In this document: positions 12,933 to 26,112 of the stretch, one piece after another
Position numbering within the stretch: the stretch's first letter is position 1
Layout of the letters: each line of letters opens with the position of its first letter
Notes under the pieces: model-generated
Told to the model about the DNA's origin: nothing
The model's input: the letters and a program-made list of their open reading frames with translations, nothing else
Database searches by the model: none
Program-made: the position numbers and the translations under genes
Source of the DNA: Malacoraja senta
Taxonomy: Eukaryota
NCBI GenBank assembly: GCA_038087875.1
Contig: JAXLNO010005853.1
Span: 186,001 to 234,756, forward strand
DNA: 48,756 bases
Reading direction: 5' to 3'

Positions 12933-13719
12933 ATGGATTGTGGTAGTGGAGAGAAAACTGCAAAACTTGCGGGGGAGGGGTTAAATCTTTGCAAGTGATG
13001 GTGGATAAGAGCAAGAGAGTACCTGGAATCACAGAGGGGGAGCAGTAAGAGGGTGTCACAGAACTCGATACAGAGAGAGGAGGAGATTTTCTTCAAAGTA
13101 GACATACCTTGTGGAGATATCGCAGTGGAGCAGTGAAATGTAAATACATGGAACTGCAAATGTTGAAATCTTGCGTAGACATTGTGTAGAATCATGTCTT
13201 CTCCTCCAATAAAAATCCGCGAAAGACCAGATAGGCTGATACAAGTGACACCAGAACTCCAAGTATGCGTAATTTATTCAAAGCCTCTTTACATCATTTA
13301 ATTATGTTTTATCTCTGGATTTTTCAATAAAAGATGGCTACAAACCACAGATAAAACATCTCTTGAGATAATCCTTAAAAGGGTGACAGCTTTAATGTGA
13401 AATTATTATGCAAAACCAATATTATATGCATTTAATACAATTCCGGCAACAACTTCCAATCAATATATTGGCTTTCAAGTAGCAGAAAGAAATGCAGCTG
13501 ATCAGATGGCACCAGATACACTTTGGCAGTCTTTTAATCTTCCATCTGGAATAGGAGCTAGCAGAGTATTGTGAGCAAAGAATGACGTCTATGATTTAAT
13601 GATTTCTATATCATTCTTTAAGTTCACTGTGTGCAAAACAACAGGGTAACTCCCTGATCTAATCTTGACAAACTTGTACTGAGGTAACACTACACCATCA
13701 CAAGGTGCATGCATTGAGA

Positions 13720-14200
13720 ATAAGAGTCAATTAGTCATGATGCAACTTTAGAGGACTTTGGTTAGGCTCCATTTGGAGTAGGGGTGCAGTTCCGGTGGCC
13801 CCAATATAGAGAGCATGTGGATGCTTAGGAAAGTGCAAAGGAGGTTTACCAGAATGATGCCTGGATTACAGGGTATTAGCTATAAGGAGAGGTTGGACAG
13901 ACCTCTCTGGAATGTGGGTGGCTGAAGGGAGCCTGATATTACTATATCAATTTATGAGAGGCGCAGATAGGGTAGACATTCAGAACCTTTTCCCACGGTG
14001 GAAAAATCGAAGACTACAGGGATAAGGTTTAAGGTGAAAGGAACAATGTTTAGAGGAGATGTGCGGAGGGTGGTGTTGGCTGGAACGTGCTGCCAGGGGT
14101 GGTGGTAAATAAGGCAAATATAATAGTGGCATTTAAGAGGCTTTTAGTTAGGCACATCAATAGGCACATTGATATGCAGGAAATAGACAGATATGGACCA
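13720..14200 (+). mobile_element. Degraded CR1 3' fragment
   Basis: Nucleotide similarity to other CR1 ends in the window (ggttaggctccatttggagta...gaggtttaccagaatgatgcctggatta). Confidence 0.7.
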
Positions 14201-14222
14201 TGTACAGAGAGATGAGATTAGT

Positions 14223-14326
14223 CTGAAGTTGGGTCTCGACCCGAAACGTCACCCATTCCTTCTCTCCAGAGATGCATTTTGTGTCTATCTTTGATTTGAA
14301 CCAGCAACTGCAGTTCCTTTCCACAC
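14223..14326 (+). mobile_element. 104-bp hammerhead-motif retroposon with 14-bp TSD
   Basis: Starts CTGAAGTTGGGTCTCGACCCGAAACGTC. gagatgagattagt is present at 14209-14222 and 14327-14340. Confidence 0.85.
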
Positions 14327-14424
14327 GAGATGAGATTAGTTTAGCTTGACATCATGTTTAGCACAGCATTTTCCTGTGCTGTACTGCTGTATGTACCATA
14401 TGTTATCACTGGGAAATCTGTAAT

Positions 14425-14745
14425 CAAACAGCACAGAAACATGCTCTTAGGCCCACTGAGCTGTGCCAATTGTCAAACATGAATTTAGACCTGTGATTCT
14501 TCCCATCTTCCGATTGACCTCTATCTCCCTGCCCTACAATTCTATCCCTGACCTACACACCAGGGACAATTTACAGCGGCCAATACACCCACCAACCCAA
14601 ACACCAGTGGGACGTGGGAAGAAATTGGAGCACCAAGAGGAAACCAACATGGTCACAGGGAAATCGTGCAAACTTCACATTGCCAGCACTGGAGGTTAGA
14701 ATCAAACCCTGGCAGCAGCTCTACTCCATCATTGTGCCGCCCTCA
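14425..14745 (-). mobile_element. V-SINE
   Basis: ggagcaccaagaggaaaccaacatggtcacagggaaatcgtgcaaac, the reverse V-domain. Confidence 0.7.
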
Positions 14746-15053
14746 ATCAAAGAGGGAAATCAGAAGAAAATGTTTTTCGCAGAGAGTGACCAGGATGTGA
14801 AACTGGTTCCTAAAGGGAAAAACTGAGGGGAACAGCAGAGATGTATTCAAGGTAAAATGGTGGTTGAACACACGAGGGAGAGGATGAAAATAGTGACCAG
14901 TCGTGATCTATAGGGGGGAATGAGCCTGGGCAAAGCGAAGACCCCAGGAGAGACAATCTGGGCCGAATGGCCCATTCTGAGCTGTGCATTCTCAATTTCA
15001 AAACTGGCATATATTTGGTGATATAGAAAAATTGGAAAATGATAGGTGATTAA

Positions 15054-16241
15054 TAGACAATAGACAATAGGTGCAGGAGTAGGCCGTTTGGCCCTTCGAG
15101 CCAACACCGCCATTCAATGTGATCATGGCTGAACATCCCTAATCAGTACCCCGTTCCTGCGATCTCCCCATATCCCCTGACTCCGCTATTTTTAAGAGCC
15201 CTATCTCGCTCTCTCTTGAAAGCATCCAGAGAATCTGCCTCCACCGCCCTCTGAGGCAGAGAATTCCACAGACTCACCACTCTCTGTGAGAATAAGTGTT
15301 TCCTCATCTCCGTTCTAAATGGCTTACTCCTTATTCTTAAACTGTGGCCCCTGGTTCTGGACTCCCCCAACATCGGGAACATGTTTCCTGCCTCTAGCGT
15401 GTTCAAACCCTTATCAATCTTATATGTATCAATTAGATCCCCTCTCATCCTTCAAAACTCCAGAGTGTACAAGCCCAGCTGCTCCATTCTCTCAGCATAT
15501 GACAGTCCCGCCATCCCGGGAATTAACCTTGTAAACCTACGCTGCACTCCCTCAATAGCAAGAATGTCCTTCCTCAAATTAGGGGACCAAAACTGCACAC
15601 AATACTCCAGGTGTGGTCTCACTAGGGCTCTGTACAACCGCAGAGGGACTTCTTTGCTCTTATTTTCGATTCCTCTTGTTATAAAGGCCAACATGCCATT
15701 CGCTTTCTTCACTGCCTGCTGTACCTGCATGCTTACTTTCATAGACTGATGTACAAGGACCCCCAATCCCGTTGTACTTCCGCTTTTCCCAACTTGACAC
15801 CAATTAGATAGTAATCTGCCTTCCTGTTTTTGCTACCAAAGTGGATAACCTCACATTTATCCGCATTAAATTTCATCTGCCATGCATCTGCCCACTCCCC
15901 AACCTGTCCAAGTCACCCTGCAGTCTCATAGCATCCTCCTCACAGTTCACACTGCCACCCAGCTTTGTGTCATCTGCAAATTTGCTCATGTTACTTTGAA
16001 TCCCTTCATCCAAATCATTAATATATATTGTAAATAGATGCGGTCCCAGCACCGAGCCTTGCGGTACCCCACTAGTCACTGCCTGCCATTCTGAAAGGGG
16101 CCCGTTAATCCCAACTCTTTGTTTCCTGTCTGCCAACCACTCTCTATCCATGTTAGCACTCTATCCCCAATACCATGTGCCCTAATTTTGCCCACTAATC
16201 TCCTATGTGGGACCTTATCAAATGCTTCCTGAAAGTCCAGA
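15054..16241 (-). mobile_element. 5'-truncated CR1, same family as 7372-12465
   Basis: ORFs 15873-16151, 15452-15766 and 15143-15448 match the RT and C-terminus of the large copy, with the same tail type. Confidence 0.93.
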
Positions 16242-17237
16242 CTATTAAGGAAATCAATAGATAATGAATTAGTGCAGGAACATGATGCAGGGAAGGGATC
16301 ATTATTACATTGAATAGTTCAGCAGCCACATGAGCCTGAATGGCCTACTCATCCTAATTAAGACCTATCTTTCTTTTATCATCCCAGACATCCATGACAA
16401 GCTGGAAAGACTGATGAGAATATTTACAAGGCTATTGCCAGGACTCGAGGGCCTGAGCTATAGGGAGAAGTTGGGTTGCCTAGGACTTTATTCTTTGGAG
16501 CACAGGAGGATGAGGGGGTTCTTATAGAGGTGTATAAGATCATGATGGAATAAACAGGTAAATGCACAGAATCTTTTATCCTATAGGAGTATAGGAGGAT
16601 CATGAATCAGGATAAATTTGACTTTGACTTTTGACTTTGGGAATATGTTTAAGGTGAGAGGAGAAAGATTTAATGGGAATCTGAGGGACAACATTTCACA
16701 CAGAGAGTGGTAGGTATATGGAACAAGCTGCCTGGGGTGGTGATTGATGCAGGAACTATCACAACCTTTAAAGGGCATTTGACAGGTACATGGATGGGGA
16801 AAGTTGAGAGCGACATGGGCTAAACGCAGGCAGATGGGACTAGCATCAATGGGGCATGTAGTTGGACTGAAGAACCTGTTTCCGTGCTGTATGAACCAAT
16901 GTTAAGTTGCCAAGATCAGTAGAAAGACTGGAGAGAGATAAAAAGCCTGTAAAAAGAATGACTAATTGAAGTACTATGTAGAGTCACTCTGTGAGCCTGC
17001 AGTTATTTCACATTCCTATTTGACCATGAATTGAGTGGCTTGCTGAAGCATTTTACCAAGTACAAATAGGAGTCACTCTTCCTTTCACAATTCCTCCAAC
17101 CTACACCCCCCACCCAGACCTGCTGAGTTCCTGCAACAGATTGTTTGTTGTTCTGCAATCCACCCTTGCAGTGGGCCTCAACAGACAGAAGAACAGCTGA
17201 TTTCCTTCCCCAAAAAGCAAACGTGTGCAATCTCACG

Positions 17238-17239
<2 letters not shown>

Positions 17240-17277
<38 letters not shown>

Positions 17278-17278
17278 C
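17240..17278. repeat. (ATCA)n microsatellite, probably a retroposon tail
   Basis: About nine perfect ATCA units adjoining ctttattgtc. Confidence 0.85.
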
Positions 17279-18018
17279 CTTTATTGTCATCTTGCAAGCA
17301 ACAGTTGTACAGTGCAAAATAAAAAGACGTTTCCCAGGGAATACCGGAGCATCGCACATTAAATTTAAAACATTTCACACATAATAACACTAAAAACAAT
17401 CCAGTCCCTGATGGAACAGTATAAATAGTTAAAAAGTAGGTAAAAATAACGTTAAAATACAGTAAAACCAATCATAAACATGTCCGGGGCAGCTGATTTG
17501 AATGGCCAGTGCCAGTTATTGAAGTGGCCAGTGCCAGTTATTAAAGTGTCCGTGCCAAGCCGCAGAATCAGGTGACTGTGAGTACAGAGTGGCTGTTTAG
17601 CAGCCTCACAGCATATGGCAGGAAGCTGTTTAGCAGTCTTGTATGATATGATAGTTTCATGTTCTGAAGATGAGCAGGGGAAAGGTTTTCCCAAATACCC
17701 GGGCTCCAACATTCACTTTTCAATTATCCATTCATTACTATGTTTCAGAAGACTTTTGCTGAGCTTTGACTCCGTCTTACGATAGTGACTGCACTTCAGA
17801 AGCAGCTCGCTGGCAATGAATTGCTCCGGTTCGTCCTGGCACTGTAACAGACGATTTTTTGCCGAGGAACTTAAATGCACAGAAGCCTCCGAAGTTTCAC
17901 AGACGTCCTACAGTGGGGCTCCCCCAGTCCCGGGTCTCAAGCTTTCCAATTCAACTCATGATCTGTAACTTCAACGTTATCCGAAAATACTAGGGAGGTT
18001 TGTCATGCGCAGGAGGTT

Positions 18019-18080
18019 TTATTCTCCACTTGCATCCTCGGCCTGTTCTTTTGTATATACAACCGTTGCGTAAATGCAGC
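18019..18080 (-). CDS. Terminal coding exon with ITIM-like CIYATV
   Basis: Acceptor ttgtttatctttcag|GC, phase 1. Translation GCIYATVVYTKEQAEDASGE then stop (TAA at 18019-18021). Followed by non-repeat sequence consistent with a 3' UTR. Confidence 0.72.
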
Positions 18081-19399
18081 CTGAAAGATAAACAATTTCC
18101 ATTTTATGATTTTATGCTGTTATTGTAAGATTCTGCTACCTTGATTCAAACCATTGAGAACCATAGTTATACAACACGAAAACAGGCCCTTCGGCCCAAC
18201 TTTCCAATGCCGACCAAGATGCCCCATCTACTCTAATCCCACATGCTTGTGTTTGGTCTATATTCCTCTTAACCTTTCCAATCCATGCACCCTGTCCAAA
18301 TGTGTTTTAAATGTTGTCATAGTATCTGCCTCAACTACCTCCTCTGACAGCTCGTTCCATATACCATCACCCTCTGTGTGAAAAAGTTGCCTCTCAGGTT
18401 CCTATTAAATCTTTCCCTTCACATCTTAAACTCGTCCTCTCGCATTTGATTGCCCTACTCTTGGAATAGATAGGTATGCAAACAACTTATCTATTATCCT
18501 CGTGAGAGGAAAACTTCTAATCTCTCAAACTCAGAGCCTATCCAGAACTGGAACCCTCTCTGCAAATTCAGTCAGCCTTCCACCCCAGATCCAACGTTCC
18601 CCTCTCCACTATCATCTGATGGCCACACTCCCCAGTCTTGCACTCAACTGCTGGTTAGACAGGTAAGATAAACCGATGACATGGTCATCCTGGTAGATTT
18701 GGGATCCTTGTATTCTGGTCCTTCTTCAATTGTGCCTGGCTTTCCCTGGACCTGCCCTCTCAATATTAGATAATTGCTTGAATTCAACCCAGTTTGAGCA
18801 AGGCCAGGCCCTCTCACCCATCAGAGAACCAGCTTGTCAGAGAGTCTCTCCTCTTTATTGTGGGTACTCTTAGTCTTCTCATTGCCAGAGGGAACTTGCC
18901 CCATTCCGAAGCTCTTTGCTCCCACACTGACCCCTTCCCCCCATCATCCATCCAACCCCCTGAGACCGCGATCATCAGCTGTTTATAGTCAGAGTCATAC
19001 AGTATGGAAACGGGCCCTTCGGCCCAACTTGCCCATACCTTCCAAGATGCCCATCTACACTAACCCCACTTGCCCACATTTGACCCATATGTCTCTAAAC
19101 CTTTCCTTTCCATGTACCTGACCAAATGTCTTTTAAATGTTATCATAGTACCTTCCTCAGCTACCCTCCTGGTAGCTCTGACCACCACCCTCAGTGTGAA
19201 AAAGTTGCCCCTCTTTTTCCCATTATATCTTTTAGCTCTCACGATAAACCTAAGTCTCCTGGTTCTTGAGTTAAACCTATATCCTCTGGTTGACAGCCGA
19301 CTACACAGAGCCAAGTTACTGTCTGAGGAATCTTCTCCACAGAATGTAAGGAATAGGGAGGGAAGTTGGCCATTCAGCCACTCAAGACTATTCTGCTAT

Positions 19400-20045
19400 T
19401 CAACATGATTGATGAAGGATATTGAGGCATTAGTCAGGCAAAAGGGGCATATGTCAGATATAGGCAGCTGGGAATCAAGCAAACTTCTCAAGTATAAAGG
19501 GTGTAGGCTTACAATTTAGAGTGAAATCAGGAAGACAAAAAGAGGACATGAGATAGCTATGGCAGATAAGATAACGGAGAATGCAGAGAAATTCTCGAAG
19601 TATATTTAGAGCAAAAGGCTAACTAAAGAGAATAGGATCAACATGGTCATCCATGGGAGATGGGCGAGGTTTTAAATTAACATTTCTCATCTGTATCGTG
19701 GAGAAGGTCATGGAAGTTAAGGAATTAAGAGTAATGAATTGCAATACATTGGAACATATATACATTACAAAAGAGGTGCTGGCAGACTTAAGACATATTA
19801 GGGTAAATAAATGCCCAAGGCCTGATCAGGTATATCATAGGATATTGTGGGAAGCTAGGGAAGAAATTTCAAGTGCTCTAGCAGAGGCATTTGCATCATC
19901 TTTAACACACGTATGGTACCGGAAGATTGGAGGGTGGTTAATGTTGTGCCCCTATTTAAGAAGGGCTGCAAGTACAAGACAGGAAACTACAGACCGGTGA
20001 GCCTGTAGTGGTGAGGGAATTACTGGAAGGGATTTTGAGGGTCAG
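19400..20045 (+). mobile_element. Degraded CR1 ORF2 internal fragment
   Basis: IRVNKCPRPDQVYHRILWEAREEI and gaaactacagaccggtgagcc, the CR1 pre-RT segment. Confidence 0.75.
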
Positions 20046-20416
20046 CATGTTAATTCTGGCCAAATTGGAGATGTCAGGACACTAAAATTGTGTAAAGGCT
20101 TCTGGCCTGCTAGGCCATTTGATCAATTTAAATGTGCCTTCTGCAGAAATGGGACAAGCTGCAGAATGGTGCCAGCTTGTCTAGAGCCTAGATAAGAGTT
20201 GCAGGGAAAGAATGGGACTTCTGCGGATTCTTACAATTAGGTGTAAATTGCATAAAACGGATTGGGTGAATGCAAACCAGACATACACATTGTAAATATT
20301 GTTGCAATGCTTTGCTTTGCTAGACGTTGATTGGGTTAAGTGTTGAGCCTTGTCTGTGTTTCTTGAATATCTGGGCAAATGTTTCTATGTTTGCTTCCTT
20401 CCAGAAGCTCCGTTTG

Positions 20417-22660
20417 CAGGGCTGCCAACTCTCACGCTTTCAGCGTCAGAATCACGCCTTGGAGCAAATTCTCACGCCCTCACGCTCATGACCGAGTTCT
20501 CACGCTGAGTTCAGTCCCTGTATAGTTTGTCCCTTTGCGCCGCATGCCAGGGATCTGCATGGTTTGGCGAAGCGCGTCTGTTGCCGGCTGTGAGTGACGT
20601 CGCGTCTCTTCTCTCTTGGTTGGATGTGCAGCCGCCGGGTGTCAGCAGCTCTATGTGCCGGCTGTGAGCGCTGCGCTGCCGGCCGCCACTGCAGCCTCGC
20701 TCCCTCCCTCCCTCCCTCCCTCCTTCCCTCCCTCCTGCCCTTCAACTCACACGGCAGCACCAGCGCCGCCAATCCACGCTGCACCGTGCCCACCAGACTC
20801 CCCATTGGGCGGCCGGGGAGAGAGAGGGAGGGGGGAAAGAGAGAGGGAGAGAGAGAGGGAAAGAAAAAAGGGAGGGATGGAGGCAATGCGAGACAAGGGG
20901 AGGGAATGTAGAAAGGGGATGAAGGAAGGAAAGGAGAAAGTGGAGAAAGAGGGAGGGGGAGGAAAGAGGGAAGGATAGGGGCAGGAGGAAGGGGTGGTTG
21001 GAGCGAGGGGGTAGAAAAGGTGTGTGTGTGCGCTTGTGTGTCTGTCTCCCTGTGTGTGTCTCCTTGTGTGTGTATGTATGCCTCCCTGTGTGTGTGTGTC
21101 TCCCTGTGTGTGTGTGTCTCCCTGTGTGTGTGTGTCTCCCTGTGTGTGTGCATGTCTGTGTGTGCGTGTCTGTGTGTCTCCCTGTGTGTGTGTCTCCGTG
21201 TGTGTGTGTGCGTGTCTGTGTGTCTCCCTGTGTGTGTGTGTCTCCCTGTGTGTGTGTCTCCCTGTGTGTGTGTGTCTCCCTGTGTGTGTGTGCGTGTCTG
21301 TGTGTGCGTGTCTGAGTGTCTCCCTGTGTGTGTGTCTCCGTGTGTGTGTGTGCGTGTCTGAGTGTCTCCCTGTGTGTGTGTCTCCCTGTGTGTGTCTCCC
21401 TGTGTGTGTGTGCGTGTCTGTGTGTCTCCCTGTGTNNNNNNNNNNNNNNNNNNNNNNNNNNNNNNNNNNNNNNNNNNNNNNNNNNNNNNNNNNNNNNNNN
21501 NNNNNNNNNNNNNNNNNNNNNNNNNNNNNNNNNNNNNNNNNNNNNNNNNNNNNNNNNNNNNNNNNNNNNNNNNNNCTGTGTGTCTCCCTGTGTGTGTGTC
21601 TGTCTGTCTCCCTGTGTGTGTGTGTCTGTCTCCCTGTGTGTGCGTGTCTGTTTCCCTGTGTGTGTGTGTGTGTGTGTGTCTTCCTTTGTGTATGTGTCTC
21701 CCTGTGTATCTGTTGTCACATCCTGGCCTTAGACAGGGCTGCCAACTCTCACCATTTGAGCGTGAGAGTCACGCATTTCAGCCAATGCTCACGCTGATGA
21801 CAGAATTCTCACGCTGTCTTCAATCCCTGCACAGTTTGTCTCTTTAGCGCCACATCACAGTGATCTGTGCAGTCTGGGGAAGCGCGTCAGTTGGCGGCTG
21901 TGAGTGACGTCGCATCTCTTCTCTTCTCTTCTTTCTTGGTTGGATGTGCAGCCACCGACAACATGAAGCAGCCGGAGATAGAACTAACCAGGTGAATTGG
22001 TTGTAACACATGGGGGGGACCATAATGAGGCCAAACATCTAGGACAGGGTTCGACAACCTACGGCACACGGGCCGAATCCGGCCCCTAACCCAAAAAAAA
22101 CACCTTTTTTTTTTCAATTCGTTTTCACGGAGTCAGGGCAGGCAAGCCGACCTGAGAACTGCACTGCAGCCAGTCCCTGGGATGCGAGCTGATCTGGGAA
22201 CGGCAGCCAGTCCCTGGGCACGCAGAATGCCAAATTGATCATTATGGACAAATTGGGCCAGCCATGTACATGTTGTATAACTCTGACTCTATGCAGATCT
22301 GAATGGGCTTAGAAGGACCATTTAAGCAAAATTGCCCTCACTTTCCCCATTTTGATTCTTGAGATTAATATCCCTTTGCTCTGTTAACAGCGTTAAAGTA
22401 CTTATGAGATAGAGTCAGGAAAGGGAACATGTTATTTTCTTTTAGTTTGCTTTAATTTGTTAGTTGATTTTTTGTTAACTGCCATAATTTCTGAAATGGT
22501 CTTAATGTAACTTAACTGTTATAAAGCAGTAATAAGTGATTTTTGTCCAAACAATTGGAACTTGCATAAAATGTTTGCATTATTAGCAGGGATGCCAACT
22601 CTCACGCATTGAGCGTGAGACTCACGCATTTCACAAAACTCTCATGTTCTCACGCTGATC
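20417..22660 (+). repeat. Three copies of a hAT-like terminal sequence CAGGG(C/A)TGCCAACTCTCAC (20417, 21734, 22587)
   Basis: Direct repeats of about 220, 225 and 75 bp with repeated CTCACGC subterminal motifs. Confidence 0.6.
20815..21715. repeat. Polypurine tract followed by a compound ctccc(tg)n satellite containing a 140-N assembly gap
   Basis: GA-rich at about 20815-21015, (TG)n units punctuated by CTCCC at 21016-21715, Ns at 21436-21575. Confidence 0.95.
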
Positions 22661-22971
22661 ACTAAATTATATAATGAGAATAGGACCTGTTTTGCTTAAT
22701 AAATAGTGTAGGAAGGAATTGCAGATGCTGGTTTAAACTGAAGATAGACACTAAAAACTAGAAGAACTCAGCAGGACAGGGAGCATCTCCGGATAGAAAG
22801 AATGGGTGATGTTTCGAGTCGAGACCTTCAGCCTGAAGAGGTTGAAAACCAGCCATAAAACACAATGACTGGACATGTGTGTTATTCAACTAAGGGCAGA
22901 AATCGGAATCATGTGTTCATCTTTATTCACGTGACACCATAATAAATATATTACAGAAAAAATAATTTAAT

Positions 22972-23180
22972 GGGGTGGCACGGTGGCGCAGTGGTAGAGT
23001 TGTTGCCTTACTACCACATGGGTTTTCTCTGGATATTCCGGTTTCTCCCATATCCGAAAGAAGTGCAGGTTTGTAGGTTAATTGGCTTCTGCAAATTGTC
23101 CCTGGCGGTAAGGATGGAATTGGTGTATGATAGATTGCTGGTCGGTGTGGACTTTGTGGGCGGAAGGGCCTGTTTCCATA
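22972..23180 (+). mobile_element. V-SINE, internally deleted
   Basis: ggtggcgcagtggtagag head, V-domain, tail gggcggaagggcctgtttcc. Confidence 0.75.
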
Positions 23181-23839
23181 TATATTTTTACATATATATC
23201 TTAATCTCATTGAACCATATATGATTGAATATGTGGCATTATTTTCGTCTTGTTTCTATATTCAAAGGGTAAGGTTGAAACCGTCTGAAGAAGGGTTTCG
23301 GCAAAAAATGTTGCCTATTTTCTTCGCTCCATAGATGCTGCCGCACCCACTGAGTTTCTCCAGCAACTTTGTCTACCTTCGATTCTCCAGCATCAGTAGT
23401 TCCTTCTTGAACAAGGTTGATTGATTTATTTGTGCAGAACAGTGATGGAAGTCCGACTTTTGCTTTGTTTCTCTGAGTTTTTCTCTATATATATACATAA
23501 CAGCATGAATATAATCTGATTTCCATATATGAATACAGTCATTCATGTGCTGCACCTGTTGATCAGAGCCTGGCTCTATTGTGGAATGTAATTAGGAATG
23601 TAATTTAGCCTAACCTTATTCATACCTAATCCAATTTAAAGCATAAATGTTGCATTCAAATGCAAGTTAAAAGACTCGCTACAGTATGCACCAGATTCCA
23701 CAATTTCATGTTGAAAAATGCAAAAGCTCCCACACCCTCCCTTCCCCCCCCCCCCCCCCCCCCCCCGGTCGCTACGCTCCCTCGCAATTTCTCACTCTCA
23801 ACTCTCACCAAATGATGGCGGCCCTGCGTTTGAATACAA

Positions 23840-24225
23840 TGTATTGGTTACTGTATTATTGGGTTTGGGAAATATCTATCATGTACTGTGTTAATTGATA
23901 TCTGTTATTGGACTGTAAAGAGACCAGCCCCATATGGTCCAGCCCCTCAAGGTTCGGCGACCTATAAAAGGCAGCTCCCACGAGGTCCTGTGTCGATCTT
24001 CTGGGAGAACGCTTGGGACTGCATGACCTTCTGGAGTGTCTCTGCTTGCACGAGGCTAGGAGGGCTTGGCCAAGCAGATACAAGGATCGAACCCGCGGTG
24101 GTTTGGGGTAGTAGTGGGTAACTGTTATTGTGTTTTTCCAAAATAAAGTATAGATGCGCAAGTGCTTGACTCAGTATCTTATTGACTGAAACTAGACTGG
24201 GGGCAAGCTTAGAACGAGCTTTACA
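23840..24225 (+). mobile_element. Solo-LTR-like sequence
   Basis: TATAAAA at 23963, AATAAA at 24142, ends ...TTTACA, several possible TGT starts. TSD not identifiable. Confidence 0.45.
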
Positions 24226-24834
24226 AGGATGTACAAGGATGTACAGTTTTGGTCTCCTAATGTACAGTTTTGGTCTCCTAATGTACAGTTTTTGGCTCCT
24301 AATTTGAGGAAGGACATCCTTGTGATTGAGGCAATGCAGTGTAGGTTCACGAGATTGATTCCTGGGATGGTGGGACTGTCATATGAGGAAAGATTGAAAA
24401 GACTAGGCTTGTATTCACTGGAGTTTAGAAGGATGAGGGGGGATCTTATAGAAACATATAAAATTATAAACGGACTGGACAAGCTAGATGCATGAAAAAT
24501 GTTCCCAATGTTGGGCGAGTCCAGGGGCCACAGTCTTAAAATAAAGGGGTCATTTAAGACTGAGGTGAGAATTTTTTTTTCACCCAGAGAGTTGTGAATT
24601 TATGGAATTCCCTGCCACAGAGGGCAGTGGAGACCAAATCACTGGATGGATTTAAGAGAGAGTTAGATAAAGCTCTAGGGGCTTGTGGAGTCAAGGGATC
24701 TGGGGAGAAGGTAGGCACGGGTTATTGATAGGGGACGATCAGCCATGATCACAATGAATGGCGGTGCTGGCTCGAAGGGCCGAATGGCCTCCTCCTGCAC
24801 CTATTTTCTATGTTTCTATGTTTCTATGTTTCTA
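24226..24834 (+). mobile_element. 5'-truncated CR1 with (TTTCTATG)n tail
   Basis: VQFWSPNLRKDIL...LYSLEFRRMRGDLIE translation, tail at about 24803-24834, triplicated 21-mer at the 5' junction. Confidence 0.92.
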
Positions 24835-26034
24835 CCCGGATTTGGAAAGGTAACGACTGATGAGGGATAGTTAGCATGGCTTTGTGTGTGGAATTTGTGT
24901 GTGACTCATGAATTTGACTGAGCTATTGACGAGGCGATGAGTCTATTGATGAGGGCAGAGCTGGTACACATTGCCTACATGGACGTTAACAAGGCCTTTG
25001 CCAAGTTCTCACTTGGCTTACTAGTCTGGAAGATTAAATCACATGAGGTCTCGGGTGAATGAGCCAATTGGATATAAATTTGGCGTGGTGGAAGGTGGTG
25101 GTGATGGGTTGTTATTCAGACCGGAGGCCTGTGACTAGTGGTGTATCACAGGGATCAGTGCTGGGCCCACTCAGTATGAAATGGGTTTGATGTGTTCCCA
25201 AGGGCTGTCCTCGCAGATGTGTGTATTTTGCCGCTCACGGTGTGTTCGGTGGTCCTTACCAGTCTCCTCCTCTTTGCAGGGAGGTCTTTGAATGTGCACA
25301 TTGCTGTAGAGAGTGTTATTCTCAGACTCCTGGGGATCTGAAAAGAACACAGATTGTTATTGCAATCCAGCATCTCTCCCCCACTGTATTCTATCACTCA
25401 AACCACCCACTCCCATTTAAACAACATTGGGACAGGTACATGGATTGGAAAGGTGTATAGGGATATGTGGATGGGGCATTTTGGTTGGCTTGAGCAAGTT
25501 GGACCAAAGAGCCTGTCTCTGTGCTCTATGACTCTATGAGTCCCCATCTCTGATTATCACTGTCTCTTGCCTGTTCCAATTGCCCCTCCTATAGTGGTCC
25601 ATCTTTTGCCAAGACTGTTCTTCACCCCTCATTGTGATACGTGGCAAGCCCCGAGAGAACCCTCGCTGCTTCTGTAGATACAGAACTGTACTGCAGAATA
25701 GACAGCATTGTACCTCCAGGTCTGATGTTTGGCTGCCCGATGGTGGGAAACAGAAAATAAACAACACCAGGATCTCTAGTAACTCCATGTCCTGGGTCTT
25801 TGTTACTGCTTCCACCATGTCTGGCCTTTGCTGCACCTTCCCTGAATGTTGGATATGGAGAGCTCTGGATCCCAGGCTCGATAGGAAACCCAGTGTGTAT
25901 TGTCAGTGCCAGTGGATGTTTCTAGTCAGTACATCAAGGGTTTGCCTCCCAGCCCATTGGGGACACTATTTTGCATGGGGCGTCCACACCACTACTGTTG
26001 TTTCACAGCTCACCGTGTGCTGACTGTTCCTTAC

Positions 26035-26112
26035 CTTTCTCCACTCCTACTCGGGAACGGCTTTGAACATGAATAATGCTGTAAATGAGGGCATCTGGAG
26101 AGTCACAGGGAT
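26035..26112 (-). CDS. Cytoplasmic exon 3 with canonical ITIM LIYSII
   Basis: Acceptor tttgtgtcctttccag|AT, donor G|gtaagg. 78 nt, phase 1-1. Translation DPCDSPDALIYSIIHVQSRSRVGVEK. Confidence 0.8.

Noticed and set aside
20500-21847. Long ORFs of 105-325 aa (THRET / CVCVS repeats)
   Set aside because: These are translations of the TG/CA satellite and the N gap.
25629-25732. Alternative terminal exon AKHQTWRYNAVYSAVQF...stop
   Set aside because: It is phase compatible and has VYSAV, but the acceptor is mediocre and 18019-18080 is a stronger terminal exon. Needs RNA evidence.
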